A DNA stretch of 64,000 bases from assembly GCA_030704615.1 (NCBI GenBank), contig CM060732.1:71362001-71426000 (forward strand), written 5' to 3'. Of this stretch, positions 28,280 through 39,282 are shown one piece after another. Source of the stretch: Takakia lepidozioides (taxonomy: Eukaryota; Plantae; Bryophyta). The position numbers and the translations under genes were made by a program. Each line of letters begins with the position of its first letter. The stretch's first letter is position 1. The notes beneath the pieces are model-generated. The model saw only the letters and a program-made list of their open reading frames with translations. It was not told where the DNA came from and searched no databases.

Positions 28280-29061
28280 TAAGAATGGAGGCTGGAGCAC
28301 GCACAGGAAACAAAGAGGGAGAGCCTAGAGGTTTAAGGCTTGAAACACAAAGAAGGGCAATTGGCCTCGGTGAGGCTCCCCTAGGTGGATTTCCTAGTAA
28401 GATTAACAATAACTACTAACAATTTGTACCTTTTTTAGCCTCTCGTAGGTGGACTTACTAATAAAATTGCTAATAACTATCAGTAATCTATGGCAGATTC
28501 TCTTTATAATTTGTACCTTTCAGGCTTTGTGAGCCTCTCCTAGGTGGACTTAGTAATAAAATTACCTCTAATTATCAGAAATTTCTGCCTTTCTTTTGAC
28601 AGGCTATTTTTTTTTACTTTCATTGTGACATGCATTTTTTTCTCAATGCCTTTCTTTTGACGGACAGATTTTTTTTTGGTCTTTTTTTTTCTTGTCAAAG
28701 GCCTTGTGACAGGTGCAAAAATCAGCCTTGCCGGCCATATGGCAATGGGACTCCTTGTCAGGGTGGGCCCTATAAAGAAAACAGGCTCGGCCCGTTCCTG
28801 TCAATTTGTAGTATAATACCGGCGAGCCCAAATTCGAGGACAAGAGACATGTATGAGGCCTACCAAAGTGTTATATATAACATTTTGACTCAACTCTATA
28901 AAACTCCTTAAATAGCCCATCAAGAAAGGTATCTTTGTACAATGGATGCTATTTACAAGTATCTTTTTCCCGTGATACCTTTTTTCAAAATATTGGACCA
29001 GCTATAGTCAGTAATGAGATGACCGCTTAGAGACACGGCCATCAAAGTATATAGTCAAAGC

Positions 29062-29260
29062 GACAACCAGCATGTAGCCCAGTGGTAATGGGCACATACC
29101 ACGTTGGATGTGGTTGTGGGTTCAAACCACGGTCTGGTGTGTCATGAAGGTGTCCACCTTTCAGCTGGAAGGTAGTCGCCCTTGTGGTGAAGAGACACCA
29201 TAAGTTATGCTCCCTTCGACCCTTCGGGAGGCGTCATATATATATATATATATATATATG
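29062..29260 (+). mobile_element. tRNA-derived SINE with (TA)n tail
   Basis: A-box TAGCCCAGTGG, B-box GGTTCAAACC, (TA)n tail, and target-site duplication TAGTCAAAGC at 29052-29061 and 29261-29270. Confidence 0.8.
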
Positions 29261-29334
29261 TAGTCAAAGCAATATGTAGGATTCAAATACACATATATGT
29301 TAAAAATTTCATTATCACTCAACCTTGTATACAC

Positions 29335-31691
29335 CAGTGTTGGACGGATATAGCGTCATCATGATATCAACGGTAGGATATCAATGCATCTGGATCCGAA
29401 ATTGGCTTTTAGGACTCGGGTTAGATGCATAAGCGGCGGATATGCAAATACGAAGAAAGAAACTCTATACCCACTGTAATACCCGGCGGATATCCGACCA
29501 ATACTCGTCAATACTTGGCGGATCTCATCCCTAAGCTTAATAACCGGATGCATATCCGGATCCGTTGTTTGTCATGTTGGTAAAACACGGAACCGGGCTG
29601 ATATCTAAAACCAAAAGTTCTTAATACCTGTGGATATTAAAAAAGTTAATATCCGCCCAATACGGTATACACATACTTTCGGTTAGCTATTCATGGTGTT
29701 TTATCTTGCATCGTCCATGTCCAACGGTGGTTGATAATGACACATGCTTGTTTTCATCCAACCTAAAAAGCCATCATCTTTACACATTAGTCATCATGTT
29801 TAATGAGTCTAGAGCTCAGTTGTTTAATATGTCGAAGACCGATTTTGACCTCTCCTTGGGCAAAGGCGGCATCCCGGATTAGAGGGTGGAAAAAATAACC
29901 ACCATGAGGAGGCTTACAGTGAGGAGATTGCCCCCTAACCAAGAGTCCAAGACAATCCAAGAGTCTAGGAAGACCAGGGACAGTGAACAGGATGAGGGGA
30001 AATGCAGAAAGTGCAGAAAATATTGTCCAGCTGAAAGGGATTCTAAGAGAGAGGTAAGATAAGTGTCTAGGTCTGCAAGACCTGGTCCAATAACTTGAGG
30101 CAATGCAAGATAAATCCTACATTACACTAAAATTTGAGATGAGTCTTTATGAGCCTTTGGTCTCTGGCCCTGCGGTGTCTCCAATTGTAGCCCCCGCTTC
30201 TCCATTATGAGGGGGAGAGTATCATGCCAAAACATTACTTGGAAGGGGGAAGCCCCCGTTGTGGAGTGTACTGCGTTATTATAACATAACTCAAGCTTCG
30301 CCGTTTTTTCATGTAACTCTAGTCAGTTCATTTTATACTTAGCCACATTTGGACTAAGTCAAATTTCGAGACCAAGTGTGGGTTACACCGACTGGGGTTA
30401 CACTCCATTCTGTGTAACCCCGTGTGGAGTTCCACACGTCGTCATGTAACCCAATGTAACCCCAAGTGGAGTTACACACGTCGTCGTGTAACCCAGTGTA
30501 ACCCCAACTAGAGTTTACACTCCTTCAGTTCTATGTCACTCACAAGAGAGGGTGGGGAAGATTTGACATGCCGGAAATTGGCGTACCATCCTCTCAGAGG
30601 TTGCACATGTGTATTAAGTTCTTACATTATTTCTATTATCTTCCTTTAAATAATATAGTTACGGTCCTGTTCGTTTTGGGGTGGAGCTAAGGGAGCCCAC
30701 TATTAGTATTACTCTTATGTAGTAACTTATGTAGAAAAGAGGAGCACCACGTCGTAGAGCCTCTTTGGAGGTGGTGGCCCCGCCCCGCAATACCTTCTAG
30801 AAACGTAGCCTACATACTCCTACTCCTACCATTTACCACTTGTCCACTAACTAATTCATATTACTCCCACTTCCATTAGGAACCCGCCGTTGGCTCTTCC
30901 AATGCTATCTCTTTTTTTCATCTCCTCTAATGCCCTCTAGTTCTCCCTTTTTCTAGCTGTCCCTCTACCTAAGGCTCATCTGTCCACCCATCAAACCCCT
31001 CAAACATCTGTCCTTCCAACCCCACTTCCCCTTCCTCCCTCCTCCCTCCTCCCTCCCCTTCACTTAGTATGAATCTTTTAAAAATTAAACTTGGGTTACT
31101 CTATTAGAGTAGTTTGACATGGAACCATATGTAACCAGAAAAATTAAACTTGGGTTACTCTATGGTGGTCTTCCTCTAGCCCTAGCCTTGCGCGTATCCA
31201 TGCGTCAGCTGGAAAATGTCAATGTCGCCATTTGCTGTCCAGTGTCCAACATAATTTGCTTGAGCAGGTTGGATAGGCTATGGTAAAGGGAGGTGATGAA
31301 TACAGAGGTAATGTGGAGGATGCGTCCCAATCCATAGCTTTTCTTCACCAGACACTTGCTCTCGAAGAAATCCGTTCTCACCAATTTTCTCTTTGTAACC
31401 ATAGATTGTTTCTTTTGTTAACATCATAATTTTAGAAAACCATTAAATTATATATTAATTGCAATAACTATCCATACCCGGAAACTATTCATACCCTCAT
31501 GGTATATTTTGGCATATATATCCTTACCCGGGGGTTATATAGAAATCTGAAAAGTTAATTCACCCATACCCAGAGGGTAAATAAATCTTTGAGATTTCAA
31601 TTTATCCATACCTAGAGGGTAAATGATTTGACAAAAATAACTTACCTATATCCTAAGGGTATATTGAAATCCATATACCCGCCCAACACTG
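29335..31691. mobile_element. hAT-like termini
   Basis: CAGTGTTGGACGGATAT at 29335 and its near reverse complement ATATACCCGCCCAACACTG ending at 31691, with subterminal GGATAT and TATCCATACC repeats. No 8-bp TSD. Confidence 0.5.
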
Positions 31692-32399
31692 AAAATAACC
31701 TCTATCATAGTTGCTGCTAACATGCAGAGTGATAGTGAATGTGATATGAAGGTAAGAAGTGAAACCTCAGAAAGTGAGTTGTCTAGCGGCGTGGAGACTG
31801 ACAGCATCCATAAGCCTCATGGCACGCTTCCCATGTCTACAGACATTCAGGCTCAAGTATCAACTGCTGATGCAACAAGCTGGGGAGACCGCCCAGTTAG
31901 ATTGCATGATTATGCTCAAGATGACATTGAACTAATCAGCGGAGGGGAAGCCTTTATATCACCTTTGTCAACCAAGGTTCTCGAGGCCAAGTCGGTTGTG
32001 AATGACCACTCAATGTGTCTTTGTGTTGACTCACCCACTGACGTAGAGATGAGAATGAAAGCAAAACTCCATGCAGTAGAGAGTGCACAACCTTACTGGC
32101 ATATCATCTTTACACTCATGAACCATAGTAGTTACAGAGTTGCTGTGAATAGGTTTTCTTTCTGGCCCCAAGAAAATGTTGCCGCAATCACCACTGTGAA
32201 TTGGCCTGAAGGGGAAATGATTCTCAAGGAGCAGCCGGCATTCCTCTGCTACAGCATCAAGGTGCTCTGTCAAGGTTCATATGATTCACCAAGGATGGCT
32301 TTCAGCTGGCATTACAGGTATGACATTTCTTTGGCTGATGGCATTTTTGTTGCAATGATGCCGCCCAAGGGAAGGGGGAGAACATTTTACCATACCCGA

Positions 32400-32470
32400 C
32401 AAGGTAATAGAATTTGAACCCAGAATCACTTGGGTGGCACTCAATGCTCTATCCAACTAAGCTACTGATG
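32400..32470 (-). mobile_element. tRNA-like SINE head remnant
   Basis: Minus strand GTAGCTTAGTTGGATAGAGC...GGGTTCAAAT (A/B boxes); cloverleaf is degenerate. Confidence 0.45.
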
Positions 32471-33059
32471 GTGGTGTCTCTTTTCATTTGGAAGGTGGAC
32501 GCTTTTATAACGGCCGTAAATGGGACAACGCAGTTGCCCAAATTGTGATGGAGTAATCTCTAACCCGCTTATCTCCTTTCCATCTTGCATTAGTAGAGAC
32601 GTCCACCACTTGCAGCATATAGATAACCTCTATATGAGTTGTTTGTATCCTAGCCATGCAGTTACTTGCAACTCCAGTGGAGTGACCTCGCAAGGCAGGA
32701 AACGTTAGTCAATCTGACATTTGCACCTGGCCAAGTAATAGAAGTGCCCGGGGGGGTTGAATGCCCTGACGGCTTCTATTCCCCACCATGTTACGTGTAA
32801 ATATGTAGCTTTGCATTCCTTTACTTGGATGGGACTTCGAGAGCATTGTAAGAAGTATGGTAGTACAGGTTATGAGTCCATAAAAACATGGAAGGAGGGC
32901 ACAGGTTTCCAGAATTTGATGGTTTCAGGCATTCATGCTCTTACCGTGCCCGTCTTTTATGAGTAAATACTAGACTTCATCCCCATTTGTTGTTTCCAAC
33001 TTTGCATATGAAGTCCCTATCCCGTCCATTATAGTGTGTATGTCTCAACATACATATTT

Positions 33060-33570
33060 TTTACATGCTCACATATTGCAAGTTGTTTTGTAGTTCCCAC
33101 TAGAGCATGCTTATTCTGGAGGCTCACAGATTACTTGCACCTCAACTCTATCTAGAACTCACATAAGATTGTAACGTCCACCAAGATGTGGCCAAATTGT
33201 GGGCAGTGCTATGCGACATGTTCATGCATCACCTAAATGGAAGTGGGCATGTTCCTCAGCCCGGTGGTTGCGGCCTCTTGTACCCCAACAGCCTTCGAAT
33301 TGGGAATGTGGTTGCTTTTGCACCCATTACATTGACATGTACCTCCATGAAACATTTGATGATCCCCGTGCAAATGGGGCGGGTCCGGTAAGACCTCTGG
33401 ATTTCTGCTACTACAGTTTGTCTCATATGTGTTGTGCCCTCATTTCCTAGTAATCGTCTTTGCGCTTGTTTGCAATGCGCAGTTCGACAAGACATGGTTT
33501 CATGTGGAAGATGTTCTTCACAAGAGGCTGGAAATGCAACGTATGGTGGAAATGAAGTTGAAATGGCACA
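33060..33570 (+). pseudogene. Possible Ulp1/C48 peptidase relic, probably carried by a DNA transposon
   Basis: VPQQPSNWECGCFCTHYI resembles the C48 catalytic-Cys motif PQQxNxxDCGxF; surrounding frames are broken. Confidence 0.4.
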
Positions 33571-34250
33571 CTCCACATGGGCTGCCCAATGTCAACAAGA
33601 CTGTCGTGCCTGACAAGGACGACTACCCACTGTTCCTTCTTCATGTGTAGTTCTTTGATGTCAGTCCACTGTAGCACACTCCTCACATTCTGTTCTGTAG
33701 TTATATTTCAATGTGTCCTCATTGACATGAAGCCATTTGTAGTCCGAAAGGGTGCTTCACACATGTTCAATAAAAAGGTTGTTGGGTTGTCTCATATGTC
33801 CCTGTGTGTTGCCACACCGCATACATGACTGCAATACAGGATTCTGGTGTGGTTATCTTCATGTTCAAATTGGTCACGTACTCTTCTGTAATGATATACT
33901 CATATGGATTTCACATTACACATTGGGACTACATGTACTGCATTTGGAGTGCTCGTCCGACATGGATAACTCTCCATACATACAAGGGGCATCCCATGGA
34001 CTGCAATTATGTGGATTTCATAAAAGAACACCAGTGGAATGAAGAGTATATCGGTGGGGGGACATGAATATGAAGCATCACGAAATTGCTAAAACCCATA
34101 TCAGCAAAGTGCTTGCTAATGAGTAGTAGCCCCAAAACCTCAAGAAGAATTCATTGTTACCCAGATGCAACGAGAAGAACCTACATACATGTATCCTCCC
34201 CAAACATGGAGGTCTGCCCTACTCCTCCAAGCCAACTTCATTGCAGACAT

Positions 34251-34590
34251 TGTCAAGTTAAATAAACGCAGTGTGAAACTAACTAGAATAAATCTAGTTA
34301 TTTGTATTTAACACTTGGAATTAGTTCAAGTGTTAAGTCAGGTGTCAAGTTTAGTTTGACACCTGAACCATCTTATCTTCACGAGCTCCTCAGTCGTGCG
34401 GCTCATCTCTCTCGAGTTGAGCCTACACGACCGAGCTTCCTCGCTGCTTAGCATCTGAGTGTACTTATGGAGGGAGAGTAGGATGTTGTGGGGTGGAGTC
34501 CCCATAGCTTGGGGTGCCCTTGGCTCACTCTTATTTTAACGAGTGATTGTGTTGTGTTTCGTGTTTCTATGTCATCAGATAATGTGAGTT
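34251..34590 (+). repeat. LTR-like fragment; inverted copy of 54155-54488
   Basis: Near-identical reverse complement over ~340 bp, starting TGTCAAGTTAAATAAAC. Confidence 0.85.
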
Positions 34591-34959
34591 GCTCTTGCAA
34601 GTATTATACAGGTCTGTAGATTCGTACAATAGTGTGTATGCGTAAGCTCATTTCTTAGTTCAAGTTCAATGGTTTCGCTGTCCAAGGCTTCAACACCGCA
34701 CTCACTGTAGAGCTTCCCACACGGTGTGGTGTACGCGATCGTTCCTTGGGATCGGCCTCATCATGGGGTCGGGCAAGCCAAAGCGAAAGCGGAATGGCCC
34801 GAAAAGTGATGATCCTGGTGAGCCCGATGGGGGCGACGTGTCACCGAAGCGGCCATTTGAGGAAGCGATCCATGCTTTTGAAAACGAGGCCACTCAAGAA
34901 CGAGAGGAATCTGAGGAGTCGGAGCCCGAGGAATCCCTGGAGCTCCGACAGACCAACAG

Positions 34960-37900
34960 ATGTCTCCCATGCCAGCAGCCTTTTGGGAAGGGTTGTTGGC
35001 GCAGTTTGGCGGAACGTTGAAAGACGTGTTGAAGGCGGCTAATGCCACTTCCACTAAGGCAAAGTTTAAGGTGAAGCCTAAGGAACCCGGCACCTTCGAG
35101 GGCATCCGAAATCGAAAGGCACTCAACACCTGGCTCTTGGAGCTAGAGCAGTACTTCCGCGCGGCCAAGTTGAGTGACGAGGATCGGGTGGAAGTGGCTC
35201 CCACCTACTTGAGGGGCTATGCTCAACAATGGTGGCAGAAACGCCTTCACGACCGAGGTCCAAATCTGGAAACCGTGAACTGGAGTGGGTTCAAGGAACT
35301 TATGAAGAGACAGTTTGTGCCCCTCAACGCGTCCTGGCTCGCCCGGGACAAGATGAGGAATTTGAAGCAAACGGAAGACATTCGGGGATATATTTAGGCT
35401 TTCAATGTGCTGTTGCTCGAAGTCGCAGACATGGCAGAACCAGAAATGGTCTTCAACTTTGTGGCGGGGCTGGCCCCATGGGCTGGAGTAGAAGCCACCT
35501 AACACTAGGCAACTGAGAGGGCTGAATGTTTCTCGGATGTCCCTAGGGGCGAAAGACAAGGCCGTACAGAGCTGAACCACAAAAAGGCCCGGCGGGAGGG
35601 TGACTCCTTCCGACCGGAAAAGAAGTGGGATAGGCCACACGGCGACAATGACACATGGAAATCGAAAAGAGGGCCCTCACACGTCAAGACGGCACCCGGT
35701 GCCCCGAAAAGAAAACCAGGTGCGGCGGCTTATGACGGGCAGAAGGCGACCTTCGATGGAGTGTACTTTAATTGCGGGGAACCCGGACACATGACAAAAA
35801 AGTGCGCAAAACCCCGACAATTGAACATGACTCGGGCAACCACAGAGTTGTCCGAGGATTCCATTAGCTATTTGGTGGAGGCAGTGGTTGCCAAGACTTG
35901 CAAGGTAGGCAACTACTCTTGTGAGTTGTATCAGGAGACTGACGCCCTGCGTAAAGGGAGTCAGTTATTGTTCGTGAGTGGGATAATTTCCGGAACTAAC
36001 GTGTCGCTGTTGGTGGACACAGGAGCGTTGCACTCCTTCATGACACCGGTAACGGCACGGAAGCTGGGACTCCCGACAAGTGATGTGGGGGCTTCTATTG
36101 AGGTGCGTTCTGCTAAAGGAGAACCACAATTGGCGACGAGGTTGACGTTCGATGTTCCTCTTTAGCTCGGGAGTTGGGAGGGACGTGAGAACTTCACCAT
36201 TTGCGAGATCGATGGAGTGGATCTCATTTTGGGGATGACCTTTCTGAGCAAATCAGGAGCGGTCATAGACGATCGCAAGAGAATAGTCACGTTACCGTGT
36301 GGGAATGGTGGCGAAGTTTTACGAGTTTCGGAAATGCCCAACCTAGTGGAAGGGCGAATAAACTTGTTATCAGCAAAGGAGTGGGCCGTGGAGGAGCCAC
36401 ACGAGCCCCAGTTTTTGCTTTACGTAAGAAAAGTGAAGGGAGAAGGCGATGGGGAGCCGAGCCCAGATTGGATCAAGGGGATTTTGGAGAAATATTAGGA
36501 TGTGATGCCGGAGGATTTACCAAGCGGCTTGCCACCGCGAAGAGGAGTTGACCACAAGATTGAGGTGATACCGGGATCGGAGCCGCCTGCCAAGGTGCCC
36601 TACCGGTTGAGCCACAGAGAGTTGGTCGAGCTGAAGACTCAGCTCAAGAATCTAATGTCAAAGGGATACATCCAGCCGAGTAAGTCACCTTACGGAGCCC
36701 CGGTGCTATTCGCAGACAAGAAGGATGGGACCCTGCGGATGTGTGTCGATTACAGGGCTATGAATAAGGTGACTATCAAAAACCGATACCCTTTGCCAAG
36801 GATCGACGACCTCTTCGATCGGTTGGCAGGAGCAAAGTATTTCAGCCGGATCGATTTGCGCTCCGGGTATTATCAAATTCAAGTGGCGGAAGGAGATGAG
36901 GAGAAGACCGCGTGCAAGACAAGGTATGGTTCATATGAGTTCTTGGTGATGTCTTTTGGGCTCACCAACGCACCCGCAACCTTTAGCACTCTAATCAACA
37001 GCCTCTTCCAGGAGTGGTTGGACGACTTTGTGATCGTGTACATCGACGACATCTTGGTGTACTCGAAAACAAAGGAAGAGCACCTGGAGCACCTCAAAAG
37101 GGTGTTCCAAAAATTACGGGAAGGAAAGCTGTATGCCAAAGCTTCAAAGTGCAAATTCGGGGTCACAAAAGTGGAGTTCCTGGGGCATGTGATTACACAG
37201 GATGGGATAAAAATGGATGACAGAAAGGTGAGGGCGATCTTGGACTGGGAGCCTCCGACTTCGGTCCCGGGAGTGCGATCTTTCTTAGGACTCGCCTCCT
37301 ATTACTGAAAGTATGTAAGAAATTTCGCCAAGATCGCGGGGCCGTTGTCAGACCTTCTATGTAAATCCAAGGTATGGGTATGGAACACCTTTTGTGGCCA
37401 AGCTTTTGCCGAGTTGAAGCAGCGGATGGCGGAAGCTCCAGTCCTGAAAATCCCGGAGTTCGACCGCCCATTTGAGATTCATACGGATGCGTCGGACTTC
37501 GCGATTGGAGGTGTACTCATTTACGAAAGTAAGAAACTGAATGAAGTGGAGCGACGGTGGCCAACGCACGAGAAAGAGATGAAGGTGGTGGTGCATTGCC
37601 TTGAGCTTTGGCGCCACTATATTGGTTCCAACCCGGTGAAGGTGTTCACGGACAATGTCACGGTGAAGTATTTTGCCACGCAGCCTAAGTTGTCCCCAAA
37701 ACAACTTAGGTGACAAGACACTTTGGCAGTGTTCGACGTGGATATCCAGTACAAACCGGGACGGGACAATGTGGTGGCCGATGCTTTAAGTAGATAGTTG
37801 CAGCTCATGTTAATGTACAAGGGCGAGACGGCGCTCCAGAAGAAGATCCGGAGGCTTATCGGAAAAATGAGATGGCGAAGTTCGTGATGCGGGACTTGAG

Positions 37901-39282
37901 GATGGGGGTTAAATCGTAGTTCCTCTTGCAAAATGGACTACTCCGGTACAAGCAAAAACGTCTCTACGTGCCGAAGGGAGGGATCAGAGATAGTCTCTTA
38001 AGAGAATGCCATGATGGCCCGCTTGCGGGCCATGGCGGAGCCAAGCGCACCGCAGCACTCTTGAAAAAAGAGTATTTCTGGCCCAAACTAAGGGAGGAGG
38101 CCGAGGAGTATGTCAAGACATGCACCACATGCCAACAAAACCAGAGTGAGTACAAAAAGCAAGCGGGGCTGTTACAACCCTTGCCGATTCCAGAGGGGTC
38201 TTGGAAAAGTGTCTCGATGGATTTCATGACTGATATGCCGCTGTCAAAAGGATTCGATGCAATCATGGTGGTGGTGGATAGGTTCAGTAAAATGGGCCAT
38301 TTCATCCCCACCAAGGACATGGCAACGGCGCAGGAGACAGGGCGACTTTACTTCGCCCTCGTCTTCAAGCATCATGGACTCTCGAAGGATATTGTCTCGG
38401 ACCGCGATCCAAAGTTTACTAGTAAATTTTGGAGGGTACTTTGGAAGAAAGGGGACGAGGCTCAAAATGAGCACCGCCTTCCGACCTACGACGGACGGCC
38501 AAACGGAAAGGGTGAATTTCGTGGTGAAGCAGATCTTGCGGAATTACGTACCGGCAGACCAATCGGACTGGGTGGAGCACTTGGATGCGGCGGAGTTTTG
38601 TTATAATAACACAAAACACTCCGCAACGGGAGTTTCCCCCTTCCTATTGGTCTATGGAAAAGCACCTTTGGTGCCGACAAGTTGGGCCGCCCAGGACGTT
38701 GAGGAACCGGCAGCAGCGGCAGTGCTGGAAGAACATGAGCGTTTGTTGAAGCTCGCAAAGTACAACATTGCCAAAGCTAGGAAACGGTATGAACGGCAGG
38801 CGAATCGGAAGCGGAGGGAGGTTAAGTTTGAGGCAGGCACGGAGGTCTGGTTGAACATCAAGAATTTTCGACTACCTCCGGAAGTAAGTCCGAAGTTCGT
38901 ACCTCCGTATGCGGGACCCTTTCGCATCCGGAAGGTTATGAATGAGGATGTGTATGAATTGGAGCTGCCGGCAAACAGCAAGGTGCATCCAGTATTCCAC
39001 GTCTCCATTTTGAAGCCTTACTTCAAAGATGAAGCGCATCCGAATCGGCATCAAGTGTTGCGTCCGCCACCTGTGCTGTTGGATCATGAAAATGAACCTG
39101 AGTACGAGGTGGAGGCAGTGCTTAAGTCGATGAGGTTCAAGAATCGAGAAACGGAGTATCTCGTGAAATGGAAGGGCTATCATCATGTGGAGGCATCTTG
39201 GATGCGTGCCTCAGAAACGGGAAACGCATCCGAGGCGGTTGCAGTTTTCGAATGGCGACCTCAAAAGCGGAAGAAGCGTTGA
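34960..39282 (+). mobile_element. Decayed Ty3/Gypsy chromovirus: gag-PR-RT-RNaseH-IN-chromodomain
   Basis: Gag; Zn knuckle (C>Y)FNCGEPGHMTKKC; protease LLVDTGA; RT CVDYR/YIDD; RNaseH HTDAS; IN H..H..CTTC and SMDF..SDRD; chromodomain EYEVEAVL...EYLVKWKGY. Purine tract GGGAGAGGAAA at ~39306. Several premature stops and frameshifts. Confidence 0.95.

Larger units (their letters stand above)
27022..30644. mobile_element. Long inverted-repeat pair (27022-~27310 vs ~30376-30644), Mutator/foldback-like non-autonomous element
   Basis: Both ends begin GGAAGAT. The outer ~140 bp are clearly reverse-complementary (GTGACATAGAACTGAAG vs CTTCAGTTCTATGTCAC) and are followed by GGTTACAC-rich repeats. No TSD found. 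Confidence 0.6.
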
